Shown in pieces: positions 26,001 through 38,865 of a stretch of DNA of 64,000 nucleotides. The notes beneath the pieces are model-generated. The model was not told where the DNA came from. It saw only the letters and a program-made list of their open reading frames with translations, and ran no database searches. The DNA is taken from positions 15,502,001 to 15,566,000 of the forward strand of contig NC_058368.1 in NCBI RefSeq assembly GCF_018350175.1, in the 5' to 3' direction. The DNA is from Felis catus. Taxonomy: Eukaryota. The stretch's first letter is position 1. Each line of letters starts with the position of its first letter. The translations under genes and the position numbers were made by a program.

Positions 26001-26955
26001 CATGATGTACTTTATGGAGTTTATCAGTTCGCCCATCTGTCTCCCCCTCCCACTCAACTTCCAGAGGGTGAGTACTATGTTTTACTCATTTTCCTACCCT
26101 CTGCACAATGCTTGCACACAGTATATGCTCAATGGGGTGATTTACATCATAAACTACAGGAGGCAGTGGCTCCTGAGCAGCCCATGAGTAACATTAAAGA
26201 CAGGCAGACCAAGTCATCAGATCTGAGGTTGTGAAATAGAAGCCAATGTCTGGGCTTCTAGCCTTAGGCACCAGAGGGAAAGGATGGGAAGATGGAGTTT
26301 AGGCCTGAAAGTTTAACTGTCAACAGAAATCATCTAAATAGCTCCTGAATTTGCCTCCTACTACCTCTCTATTACCACAGCCTCTGACTTTTTCAGGGAT
26401 TCCTAGCTTCCTGTCTGAATTTACTGATGACCTCTCAATCGGTCCCTCTAACTCCACAGTATTCTTTTCCTCCCTCATCTCTTCGAATCCATCTTTAACA
26501 TAACCCTTAGCCTGATCTTTCAAAAAACAAGTACTTGTTTTTCATCATGGTTACTCCTCCACACACACCCTTTTCTCCAATTACACTAAACTACTGGAAG
26601 CTCTCTGAAAGTTCTAAACCATCTTGCTTTTATGTCTTGGCATATGATGCTTCTTTTTCCTGGATTGAAATCTTTCATATCCTTTATCTTACTCAATTCA
26701 CTCTTTCAGGTTATATCTAAGGTGGTACCTTACCTGAGATGCTTTCCTTAACCTTCCCCCCACATCCCAACTGGATTAGGTGCCCAATGCATGAACTCTC
26801 ATACCACCTGCGCATTCCCCTAACACAGAATATCTCACAGTGCTACAACACTTGTCTGACTTGTCCAGGACACTGAGCTTCTTAAAGATTAGCACACTTT
26901 CTTATTTGCATCTGTCACTGTCTCAGTGGGTTCTTCCCTGATCAGCCCACTTAAC

Positions 26956-26958
<3 letters not shown>

Positions 26959-26999
<41 letters not shown>
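26959..26999. repeat. (AC)20 microsatellite
   Basis: Directly visible. Confidence 0.97.
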
Positions 27000-27001
<2 letters not shown>

Positions 27002-27116
27002 GTTTCCTATTTGCATTCCCTGCTCTTCAACACTTCTAACAACTATACAATGTACTAACTTATCTTGTTTATTATTTATTTATGCACTAGAGATTAATTG
27101 CATGAGAGCAAGAATT

Positions 27117-27548
27117 TGAAAATCTGTATTTTTCAAAACCATCTTGAATTTCCCTGGTCTCATGATGGTTTTTCCCTTCTACCTGGCTCTAAGTTATAGT
27201 TACACTACTAAGAAATAACCACTTGCACTTTTCTGAGGGAAACTGCTGGAGTCCTTTTCTTCTTGCACATGCCTACCTATATCACCAATATCTTATTTTG
27301 CTAATATGTGAATGCCAGGATGCTTGAAACTTCGCTCTGGTTTACTGTCAAAATTTCGGTTACCTGTTCATAGACTGACACCTTCTTATAACACTATAAA
27401 ATTTTGTCCCTACTTAATCACTTCAAAGCAGCTACTTTAGAAGGTGTCTCCTCTGCTGCCAGCCAAGTTGATAAAGAGAAACCTTTAACCTTTGATTCCT
27501 CCATTTTGCTCATGTGTTTGTTTTTGCTTGTCTCAAAAGATTTTGTCA
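27117..27548 (+). mobile_element. Putative solo LTR of unassigned family inserted in an L2 3' end
   Basis: Splits a recognisable L2 tail; TG...CA ends with imperfect inverted termini; internal TATAAAA and a GATAAA hexamer. Confidence 0.45.
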
Positions 27549-30065
27549 GTTTCTTTCATTGCTAGATTCTGAGAGTCTAGAACAGTGCCTAACATAAGAG
27601 CAGGTGTCCATGAAATATTTGTTAAAGAAATGAATTTGTATCTTCAGTGATTAGTAAGACACCTGGACATAATAGACCCTCAATACATGTTAACTGAATA
27701 AACTAATGGCAGATTAGAAGAAACAGGGATGCAGAATCACATCAAAGACAGAGGATAAAAATGCCATGCTAAATTTCTCCTTCTTTCCCATGTTCTGTAT
27801 CAAATCAATTGCCACACTGTGATTCACTTCTTAAAAGCCTTCCTAATACTTTCTGTCACCTTCATTACTTCGTTCATGTCCCTCCACCTCCATATTGGAC
27901 TATGAAAATATTCTGCTAGTTAGTTTCCATGTCTTCAGTCTTGTTCTCCTCTAGTCGATCCTATTCTAAGTGCTGTTTCTAAAATGTGTCCAGGAGCATC
28001 ACTCCCCTGACTGATGAACTCCATTATCTGAGGGATCAAGTGCAGATTCTTTTGCAAGAATGAGGCCCTTCATGACTTGGATCCTTCCCATCCTCACCTT
28101 CTACCCAGCTCTACCCTTCCCCACGTGTGCTCTGCACTCCTGCCTTTCCCAACTATTGCAATTCTTTACACATTTTTTTTTTCACATTGCTGTGCCTCTG
28201 TTCTCTTTGCTTGGAGCAGCCCTCATCTATTTTGTACACCTGGTAAACTTTATCTTCCAAAATTTAACTTAATGTGGCTTCCTCTTTGAAGTCCCCTTTA
28301 ACCCCCAAAACTGTTGCTCCTTCGTATGCCTCCCAAAGCACCCATCACCCTGTAAACTGTCATCATTTTATCATGTGTCTGTCTTCCTCTCAGGATTATG
28401 TCTTATACACCTTCGTATACCCAGAGCTTCACTCCATGGATAGCATCCAGTAACTGGACTATATCTATATTTGTATATTTTTTTAAACTAGAAAGACTCA
28501 CACACTAAGCTAAACATCAAAGTCCTTTGTACTTTGTGGAAATCAGTCAATTCTTGAGTCTTTATGAAACCTATCTGGAAACCCATGACATAAGTGCTCT
28601 GACAATTCTCCTGGGCCCACTGTTACACTGAAGGGCAGGGTGAGGATTTGAGCATGGGCGTTTTCTAAATTATAGGAAGGCAGGCTTAGCAATTTTTAAA
28701 AGCCCCTCAGCCTTTCCTCACAAACTGATCCATCCCAGTCTTAGTTTATGACTTAAGTTATACTTTTGGCAGTCTCTGAAATGGTTATTAACTTTTCTTC
28801 CTGCTTAAAAAGCAAAATGAAAAATACAACTGGCATTTATGATAATTTACCCAAAGGGAATTGATAATATTAAGCAAACAAGGCAATGTTAGATTTGGTA
28901 TTAATCTGTATTTATAGATTATAAATATAGAGTCAAGGAAAAAGACAAAATGATATTCAGGAGGGAAACAGAGATTGGAAGGCAGAAGACACAGCATGGA
29001 GCATTAGGGCAAAAAGGTAAGACAAGGGCACTGATGGGTAATGAGGATGGTGGCTTAGAGCACCAAGAAAACAAAGCACAGAGTAGAGTAGGAGAGACTT
29101 GGCTGTTCAGGAAATTCAGCCGTAAATGTTTCACGTTCCAGGTTCCTGTCTAAGTACATTCCTTCAAAGGCACCATACCAGATTTCTCACTCTCTGTGTA
29201 CTCAGGGTAGCATGCTAGTCAGGGAAAGGCTAGGGTTTCCCTAGGTTTCCTTGGTAGAACTTTGTGGAAAGTCTGTGGGTGTGCTACAGGTGGGACACAC
29301 GCTTGCACTTCAGGCCACAGCACAGGGGGGCAGACCCCTGTACGGCTGGGCTTCCAGGCCCCCAGGGAGCTCCACCTCCTTGACTACTGCTCAGGTCTAG
29401 AGAACCTATGGTCCAGGGAGGGTTTCAGGTGTTCCAGGCTTAGCAAGGAGAAACAAAATGCCACATAGATAGAGTTTTACAGATGAGGGAAACAGGAAAC
29501 AGCAGCCCTGCGATGAGCCTGTGAATCCATCCTCCGGTTTTCAGCAGGTCCCAATGGCGTAAGTTGGAGAGTGGAAGACCTTAAGGCTCTGTACCAGTCC
29601 TTATGTGCCAGGAGTTACCTTGTATGTACCTGTCCTACGGGCATCATCTTGATGATAATAAGGGTGAGACTCCTTAAAGGCATTACACCAATCTAACACA
29701 CAGAAGGGCGGATCTCAAATGACCCATGTACCTGAAATGTATTGTACCAATACAACAACAATTCCTCAAAGGCAGCTTCACTTGTAGGAGACCTCAAGGC
29801 TGAGATGTCTAGCAGAATGTCCCCATTAAGAGTGCCAAGTCTGAGGCCCTTGACTTCCAACTCTTCAGCCAAGCTCACCGTGGTCACCTGCAAAATTTTA
29901 CCTCTCAGGGAATATATTCTAATGAAGCTTTAAACCACTTAAGTTCCATATGTGCAAATTTCCCATGTCCAATCTTCATTAGAATTCTTCCTCCTTGAGT
30001 CCCTCTACTATAACCTTCTTCCCACTTCTAACTCCTTTAACTTGGTTCTTATGAGATTATTTTCC

Positions 30066-30270
30066 TTTTTTAATTTTTCTTAAGTTTATTTACTTATTTT
30101 GAGAGAGAAGGAGAAAAAAACAGGGGAGAGGCATGGAGAGAATTCCAAGCAGGCTCCCCACTGTCAGCATGGAGTCCGATGTGGGGATCAATCTCACAGA
30201 AGTATGAGATCATGACCTGAGCTGAAATCAAGAGTGGGATGCTTAACCAACTGAGCCACCCAGGTACCCC
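30066..30270 (-). mobile_element. Older Can-SINE
   Basis: Ends ctgagccacccaggtacccc; TSD agattatttt. Confidence 0.94.
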
Positions 30271-31104
30271 AAGATTATTTTTTCTTATTATCCTGAGATG
30301 AAGGGCAGTAGAAGAAGGAAAGTGTGTATCTAAGAGCAGAAAAGTTTAGCACTAATAAAAACGGCTGAGGTCAATAAATACTTAAAAGCCAAAAAGTAAT
30401 GAAGCAAGACTTTTGAAATCTCATTTCCAGTCCAAAGGAGGAAAATCATAATCCTAGGTTAAAATTCCCTTGTATCATCTTTTTTGGTATGGCCAGTCAT
30501 TGAGAGAGGATCCTGGAGGACAGCCAGTAAAGCTAAGCATGTATTGGTTCTTTGCCTCCCCAGGGGAAAGAACTCAAGGATTCCTTGGTCTTGGGATTCA
30601 CTTCAGTAGAGGCAGATTAAAGCTGAAGTCATTTCTGAACTACCAAAGGGAGTTTCCTAGTCACACTCCAATCACAGATGGGTGGACTGGTGAATAGGAC
30701 TGTCTCAGATCAAAATGTGAATCTGGAGAAGTTTATGATTCCTTTTGAGAATGTGAATCCTTACCAAACTTTCCCTGGGCAGGTTTCTCATGCCACCCAG
30801 GCCCAGTCCTTCTTCTACCCCCTCTCACAGATCTTATCTGCCCTGCAGGTACATACTTGTCCTGGACATGCTGGGCTTTCCAAGGAGAAGAGTTAGCTAA
30901 CTCAGTAAATTAACTTGCCCTCTGCTAATAGACAAATGGAGGAAGCTAAAAGAACCCCTGTAAGACCAGGCCTCTCTGGAAATCATTTTGCTTTATTAAC
31001 AATGACCTCCTAGAGGCAATGACTTAGAAGAGAAGCAATTCTGATGGCAAAGTACTTCTAGTTGTGTAGAAAGGGACACCGGAGCCATAAAAGATAATGG
31101 GACC

Positions 31105-31335
31105 GGGGCGCCTGGGTGGCTCAGTCAGTTGGGTGTCCAACTTCAGCTCAGGTCATGATCTCACGACTGGTAAGTTCGAGCCCCATGTCGGGCTCTGTGC
31201 TGACAGCTTGGAGCCTGGAGCCTGCTTTGGATTTTGTGTCTCCCTCCCACTCTGACCCTCCCCTGCTTGTGCTCACTCTCTTTCCGTCTCTCTCTCAAAA
31301 ATAAATACACATTAAAAGAACCTTTTTAATAAAAT
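31105..31335 (+). mobile_element. Can-SINE
   Basis: Full length; TSD aaaagataatggg. Confidence 0.96.
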
Positions 31336-31449
31336 AAAAAGATAATGGGCCAGATACTTTGGGGCAGGCAGGTCCTTGTAGAGCTCCTCAGAAGTAAGCT
31401 CTGCGTCTGCTGTCCTGACTATGTGTGGAAACCTGACAGAGGAATTCTG

Positions 31450-32430
31450 AGCTGTTCATTTATTTACTCACACAGTCATTTAACAATAGTAATGAAAGGC
31501 CTACTATGTGAGGTCCTGTGCCACAGAAATATAAAAGTAAACAAAAGAGATATGTCTTTACCCACAGGGAGCTTACAGCCTAATGGGAAGACAAACCAAA
31601 AATAAATGTAAGCAGACCAAAATCTGTAAATCGGTTGGCGTTGTATTTTAAACAGAGAATGTCCAGGAAGTCTTCTTTAAGGAGGAGACATTTAGGCAGT
31701 CTCAAAAATGAAAGGAGCCAGCCAGGCAGAGAGAAGGGGACCAGTGCTCCAGGCAAAGGAAGCAATGTGTGGTGAATACTGAAAGAGCTTAGCATACTCA
31801 AAAAACAGAAGAAAGACCAAAGAGGTTGGAGATTGCTGGCAAGGCGAGAGTGACGCAAATGAGGTTAGACACCGAGGTAGGAGCTACAGAAAGTTGACAG
31901 TAAGTTTTATCAGAACTTATAGGCTTGGGGTTTATTCAAAGTGAAATGAAAACACATCAAAGGTATTAACTAAGGGATTATGCTTTGGTATGCATTTAGA
32001 AAACTCTTGCTACTCTGGAAAATAGATTGTAGGTAGACAAGAGAGGCCAGGGAGAAACAAGCTGAGCATCTGTTATATTTGCCCAGGAGGGAGATGATGG
32101 TGGTCTGGACTTATCTGAAAGCAGTTGATAGATGTGAAATGTATTCTGGGGTGCCTGGGTGACTCAGTCAGTTGAGGGTCCAACTTGGGCTCAGGTCATG
32201 ATCTCAGGGTCCGTGAGTCAGAGTAGCCCCACATGGGGTTCCACACTGTCAGTGGGATTCTCTCTCTCTGTCCCTGCCCCTCCCTAACTCATGCTCTCTC
32301 ATTCTCAAAATAAATAAGTAAACTTAAGAAAAAAGATGTGAAATATATTTTAGAGAAAAAATCAATAGGATCTGCTGATAAAAGGTATATATGAGCTAAG
32401 GGAGGGGAAAGAATCAAAGATGACTTCAAC
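31450..32430 (-). mobile_element. L2 fragment interrupted by a Can-SINE
   Basis: Starts ttcatttatttactcac...gcctactatgtg; contains gagatgatggtggtctggac. Confidence 0.65.
32148..32334 (+). mobile_element. Can-SINE with internal deletion
   Basis: Head and tail present; TSD agatgtgaaat(g/a)tatt. Confidence 0.94.
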
Positions 32431-32956
32431 ACATCAAAGGGAACAAGGGAATGTCACAGCCCATTCATTTTCACCCTTGGCTGTGACTCCTGAAGCCTTC
32501 TTCAGTTTCTCAGAACTTACTTACAGGTCTTGAGAAAAAGCTCTTGTTTGTATCCATCAAAGGCTTCCTTCTCCATGAGCAAAACCATCTAAGAGATCCA
32601 TCCATGTAAAGTTTTCAACATGAATTAGGAATTCTGAGAAGGCACAAAGAAATTAAAAAAATAAAATTCTTACCTGTGTGAATCTTATTGAAATTGGCAA
32701 AATAAAATGATGCCTTGCTTTGAGATTGTGAAAGATTCTTATTTAATTGCTCGGAGTAGTTATCAAAGGGTTTAAGAAACATGTCAAGAAGTTCAGTGGA
32801 ATCTGGGAGACTGAGTGAGAACTCTAATTCTAAAAGTGGGCGTAATTTCTTTTCCTGATAAGCCACAAAATATAAAAGTATTTAAGTAATCTCTTCAAAG
32901 AATATAATGGAATAAATAAATTGTAAGAGCAGTAAGCATATAGTAGTATTTGGCAC

Positions 32957-32958
<2 letters not shown>

Positions 32959-33006
<48 letters not shown>
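32959..33006. repeat. (TG)24 microsatellite
   Basis: Directly visible. Confidence 0.97.
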
Positions 33007-33009
<3 letters not shown>

Positions 33010-34850
33010 AGTTGAACATGATCTCTTCCTATAGATGGCCTTAGAAAATATTCACAAATAAATATGGACTCTCTTTTCTAGCATAATCACTATCAGTGGG
33101 ACATATGGTGCATCTCTAAAAGTAATCCCAGTATTTTTCCCCACTTCCTTTTAAAACAATGCTGTTGCTAAAGTTTGGTGAATAAAGAAGATATATCCTA
33201 TTTGGTAACCACTTGCAAATAGTGTGCTTTCTTCCTTCAAAACTATTATATGAACTCTATTTATATCCAATAATTAGTCTTTCACACAATCAAGTGATTA
33301 CTTTGGGCTTGGATCCTCAAGAAATTCCACTGCTGTGCTGAATAGTGGCTGGTCAAGAAATAAAGGGGTAGGTTTTAAAAACTGTCATATCTCCTTATTT
33401 CTACCATTAAAAAAATGACAATAGAAAATCATATCCTGATTCCCAGATCCAGGAATGCCAGTGTAATCAATATCACTACGTTAGTAGCAAGTAAGAACCA
33501 CCAAGAGCAGAGAAGGGCAAGGTGGTGGGATGCAAAGAGACTTAAGGGATGGGCAATGCCCTCAGGGAGTTTACAATTTCTTCCTATCACTGCAGTCAGC
33601 CTAGCTCCTTTCTGCCTCTGGACCCTTGTCCTGGCCATTGCTTTTACATTCAATAGCTTCCCCAGACCTCTGACTTGGCAAACTCCAACAGTGTCATTGA
33701 TTCTCAGCTTAAACACCACTTTATCAGAGTAAGGGGGTTTGGGGTTATTTCCTGTATCTCTAAGACAAGATCCTTTGTTTCTAATATCCTGTGCATTCCT
33801 TCATTGCATCTGTCATGGTTGTTATCATACAGATATTTGTGAGTTTTTTTTTTTGACTCATGTCATTTAATGATTATCTCCCCAGATAGACTGCAAGGTC
33901 CATGGAGACAAATGACCTTGTGCACCACTCTACCCTCAGCCTTAACACACTGCATGGCACATAGTGGGGTCTCAGTAAGTATTTGTGGGGTGAATAGATT
34001 TATTAATGACATGAATACAAATTGTCAAAAAGCACTTCACGGTAGGATAACTACCATAATAGCTACCTTGTGAGATTAAAGGAGGGAATATCCAACCTGA
34101 AGCTGAAATGGTCACTATCAAAAGAAGAGCCTAGAGGGAGATGGATCTAGAAGAAAGAATAGGATTTATTCCAGAGAAGATATGGAAAAGTGTCTGTGAC
34201 TGGAGGAACAGAATAGTGTGTATGGCAAATGGGAGGGGACATGAGAACACTTGTATGGTTAAATAGGAGGGTCTATAAGAAAGTGGTGGGAGTAAGAAGT
34301 CAGTTACATTTAGGCAAATCTAGGTAGTGATAGTCCCATTAAACGTTTTGAGCAAAGTGATTACTATACAAACCTAATATTTTGACATCTAAACTACAAA
34401 GCAGTTAAAATAAAGGGTTTAATTTCCACTATAAAGATCTCTTGGCTTTACTAAAAGATGATGGAAGGATTATTTTAGACAACATCACTTTGGAAAGATT
34501 AAAATATTTGTTTACAACTAAAACAGAGCTAGAGTTGTGAGAGATTAATAATTAATGAGCCGAGTGGCTAAGTTAATTAAAGACCATTTAAAAAGTAGGG
34601 TAACACTTCAATTCTAATCATGAAAACTGACATTTGTGATTTGATTTACAAAATTTTAATTTATGTAAAACTTTTCAAAATCACATCTACCACATTTGGC
34701 AAAGTATCTTTCAGATTCTAAAATACCACTTGCTGAAGAATATTCCAGAATATTTTCAAAAACACAATTAATTACTCTGCTAATTGTAGAAAAATAGAAC
34801 TGCAGCTCAGATGCCAGCTGAGGTACCTTGCCTTCAAATAAAAGTGACAT

Positions 34851-35066
34851 GGGACGCCTGGGTGGCGCAGTCGGTTAAGCGTCCGACTTCAGCCAGGTCA
34901 CGATCTCGTGGTCCGTGAGTTCGAGCCCCGTGTCAGGCTCTGGGCTGATGGCTCAGAGCCTGGAGCCTGTTTCCGATTCTGTGTCTCCCTCTCTCTCTGC
35001 CCCTCCCCCGTTCATGCTCTGTCTCTCTCTGTCCCAAAAATAAATAAATAAACGTTGAAAAAAAAA
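34851..35066 (+). mobile_element. Young Can-SINE (SINEC_Fc)
   Basis: CpG-rich; 17-bp TSD ttcaaataaaa(g/t)tgaca. Confidence 0.97.
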
Positions 35067-35360
35067 TTCAAATAAAATTGACAGTAAAATACCTGGCTTC
35101 CTCTCAGTTTCCCTGAGGATGACAGGAGATGGCTTCTGCCTAGTGACTTCTCTCTTGAGTGTCTCTCAAGAGTGTTACTGTCTAACAATAAGCTGTCTGT
35201 TTTTAAGAATACTACATTTCCCCAAATGCGGAACATGTGGCCAACTCTTCTTAGGGACTTATCAATATAAAATAAATGAAACTATGCAAAGGAAATGATC
35301 AACATCCACCCAAACTCTTGATTCTTAGACTAATGCCCCCTAAAGTGCAGTTCCCCTTCT

Positions 35361-35492
35361 TCTTTTTTTTTTTAATATTTATTTTTAAGAGACTGCAAGC
35401 AGGGGAGGGGCAGAGAGAGGCAGACAGAAGATCCGAAGTAGGCTCTGCACTGACAGACTGATAGAAACAAGCCTGATATGGGGCTCAAACTC
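35361..35492 (-). mobile_element. 5'-truncated Can-SINE
   Basis: Stops within the B-box region; flanked by aagtgcagttccccttc and aggtgccgttcccccttc. Confidence 0.88.
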
Positions 35493-36563
35493 AGGTGCCG
35501 TTCCCCCTTCTAAACTACACAGAACATGTCACCACTCACCACTGGAGAAGAATCATTTCATACGGCTCAACCTAGTATCATCTTTCCTTGATAATCCATG
35601 TGTCTGAAAAACGCCTACATGTGGTCAGTAGTTCCAATAGAGAAATTCAGAGATACATTACATGTCATGTCTTATTCTCAACTAATGGTATGACTTAAGT
35701 GATCCCACAGCAAATCCAAAGCATCTGACATTGAAATATACTCTATGAAATACACCACTGAAATATAGTCACCTCTTCAAAAGGAATTTCACAGCATGAC
35801 TGAAAAACTTACAAAGTACAACTATTCTGTCATGGAACCTAAAAAACTTGGCTGTGGAGAGAGAAAATGAAAATTATTTTCAAGCTGGGATGTTTACAAA
35901 GGTAATGTATCATGGATTAAGGACTACTTGAGCAGAAATGAATATAATTGACTAAAATAAGTTTCAGTGTTGTCTGAATGCAAATTGTAAATTTAGACTG
36001 AGCATTTCCATGAATTTAGTACTCAACCACATCCGATATGGAAATCTCTAGGGTTGGTAGGCTTTCTCATCCCAGGCACTGCCTTCCTAGGTATGAGCAC
36101 TAGAGGCCGCCATATGGGAAAAAGCTGAATTGGAAGACAGTGACTCTGATCTACATATATGGCAATTTGCCTGGAGATTTCTATTCAAAATGGTCTCCCA
36201 GAGTCTCTCCTAGGAAAAAGGAAAAGCAGCTAATTAATTCACCACTCCTAGAGTTGACTGGAATAGCAGATCGATGTGTATGCTATGAATTTAACTTCAA
36301 GGAAGAAAAGCCTAATTTTGGAAATGCGAATATTTTAGGAGCATCATAACAGATATCTAAGGATGTTTTCTTTGCCTGGTGAAACATGCAACTTTCTATT
36401 ACAGTATCCCAGACCCGGGCCTTCCATTGTCTCACAAAAGGGCATGTGGCCTTTTGAGAGGTTGTGCTACTCTTATGACAGAAGAATTTGTACCACAAAG
36501 AGCCCAGTACACTCTAAGAACACAGGGGCAATCCGGATCTCTTCCATTCAAAATACTCTAAAA

Positions 36564-36582
36564 TAGTGCTGTCCAGTAGAGC

Positions 36583-36633
<51 letters not shown>

Positions 36634-36795
36634 CTCAGTAACTTTTTACATTGATCACATGTTAATATAATATCCTATCATATGATAATATTTTAGGTTA
36701 AATATGTTACTATAGTTTTACCTTTTAAAAAATGTTGCTACTAGGAAATCTAAAATTATGTATGTATCATGCATTATATTTCTAGTAGACAGTGG
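36564..36795 (-). mobile_element. MER33-like hAT-Charlie element containing (TA)n at 36588-36631
   Basis: Ends tagtgctgtccagtaga and attatatttctagtagacagtg; AT-rich MER33-like interior. Confidence 0.7.
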
Positions 36796-37023
36796 TCCTT
36801 GAAAACTGGGAAAACCCATCCTCTTCTTAACTACTAGGGTTGGATGGAGCCCAGCAGGCATGCCAGCTTTGAAAACCTGAGCTGTAACTTGTGATGCTAG
36901 ATGCTGAAATGAAGGCTTATACAACAGTGCAGAAGAATTTATCCTAGTAAGCAACGTAACAGGCAAAGAAATGGTCTAATAGATCACAAGGGCCAGGTTT
37001 CTATGACTGTTTCAGAAGGGAAG

Positions 37024-37209
37024 CTGTGGTTCTCAAATTGTGGTCCTTAGACTAGCAGCATCAGCATCACCTTGGAACCTGACAGATAGCAATTCCTCAG
37101 ACCCATCCTTGACCAACTGAATCAAACTCTGGAAGTGGGTTCTAGTAATCTCTGTTTTTAACAAGCCCTCCCAGGTGATTCTGATGCACTCTCAAATTTA
37201 GAACCACTG
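37024..37209. mobile_element. MER5A (hAT-Charlie MITE)
   Basis: TIRs ctgtggttctcaaa / tttagaaccactg; interior agcagcatcagcatcacc and aacaagccctcccaggtgattctgatgca. Confidence 0.9.
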
Positions 37210-37407
37210 TTATTATCTCATTTAATATCCCACCTGCTCTGAGGGGTTGGAAATAGTTACCATTCCATTTACCAAGTGAGGAAACTGTGTGAAAAAGAAT
37301 TTGAGAAATATACCCCAGTTATGTAACTATTAAGTGGCAAAAAAAAAAATCATCCTTTCAATTCCTGTGTTTCTAATCCTAGAGTGGATGTTTTTTGTCA
37401 AATCAGC

Positions 37408-37505
37408 GAGGAGAAGGAGAAGGAGAAGGAAAGTACGAGGAAAAAGAGGAAGAAGAGGGGGAGGGGGAGGAGAAGGGAGGAGAAGAAGAAGAGGAGGAGG
37501 AGAAA
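37408..37505. repeat. GA-rich purine low-complexity tract
   Basis: About 100 nt, almost all A/G. Confidence 0.9.
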
Positions 37506-37879
37506 CAAGGAAGCTAGATGAGTTGTGGTTAAACTTCTTGGAGTAATCAACCTAAGAATCTGGTGAAATTCTGGTCTGTCTTCAACAAAAACGCACTTTT
37601 GCACAACACTGATATAAATTTCAGGAGGCTACTTGACCCTTGAGTGCTCGGCCTGCATCTAATTTTATAACCCCTCATCTAGAGCCCCAAATAGGATGAT
37701 GAGTCATTATTCATAGTAAACTAGTCTCCCTTTATAGGAAGAGGGTTTTATATATATAATGTTTCCTACTAGATACATTGAAAAGAAAATTGGGTCTTAG
37801 GTGTTGGATGAATAAGGACTGTGTGTTTCTTTTAACATAGGCAGTAATCACTTGGACATCAGCCTTAACAACAAACATA

Positions 37880-38578
37880 CAGATCTGTCTCCTCAGGCAA
37901 AAGAAACAAAAGCAAAAATAACTATTGGGGCTACACCGAAATAAAAAGCTTTTGCAGAGCAAGTGGAACTATCAGTAAAATGAAAGGCAACCTAGTGAAT
38001 GAAAGAAGATATGTGCAAATGATATATCTGATAAAGGATTAATAACCAAAATATATAAAGAACTTATACAACTCAATACCAAAAAACAAACATTCCAATT
38101 TAAAAAAATGGGAAGGTGAACTGAATAGACATTTTTCCAAAGAAGACATACAGACGGCCAACAGACACATGAAAAGATACTCAACGTGACTCATTATCAG
38201 GGAAATGCAAATCAAACCATAATGAGGTATCACCTCACACCCATCAGAATGAATGGCTAAAACCAAAAACACAAGAAACAAAAAGTATGGGTGAGAATGT
38301 AGAGAAAAGGACAATCGTGCACTGTTGGTGGGAGTACAAATGGGTGCAACTCCTGTAGAAAACAGCATGGAGGTTTCTCAAAAAATTAAAAGACAGAAAT
38401 ACCATATGATCCAATAATTCCACTACTGGGTATTTACCGAAAGGAAACAAAAACACTCACTTGAAAAGTTACAAGTACCCTATGTTTATTGTGGCATTAT
38501 TTACAATAGCCAAAATATGGAAGCAACTCAAGCGTCCATCAATAGACGAATGGATAAAAAAGAGGTGATACACACAAA

Positions 38579-38625
<47 letters not shown>

Positions 38626-38865
38626 GGACTATTTCTCAGCCATAAATAATAAAATCTTACCATCTGTCACAACATGGATGAACCTAGAGGGTATTATGTT
38701 AAGTGAAATAAGAACAGAGAAAAACAAATACCATATGATTTCACTTATATGTGGAATTAAAAAAAAAAGATGAACAAACAGACTTAAATACAGAGAATGA
38801 AAAGTACAGTATAGAGAATGTAGTCAATAATATTGTAATTACTTTGTATGGTGACAGATTGTGAC
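37880..38865 (+). mobile_element. L1 3' fragment (ORF2 C-terminus plus 3' UTR, L1MA9/L1_Carn-like) with (AC)n at 38581-38623
   Basis: agacatttttccaaagaagacatacag, ccatatgatccaataattccactactggg and aataatattgtaattactttgtatggtgacaga. Confidence 0.9.

Larger units (their letters stand above)
26320..28460 (+). mobile_element. Cluster of L2 fragments
   Basis: Several L2 3'-end motifs, e.g. tagaacagtgcctaacataagagcaggtgtccatgaaatatttgttaaagaaatgaat. Confidence 0.6.

Noticed and set aside
36094..36112. Second CTCF-like motif TGAGCACTAGAGGCCGCCA
   Set aside because: Mismatches at informative core positions; too weak without binding data
37334..37546. Arg/Gly-rich protamine-like ORF
   Set aside because: Translation of the GA-rich simple repeat
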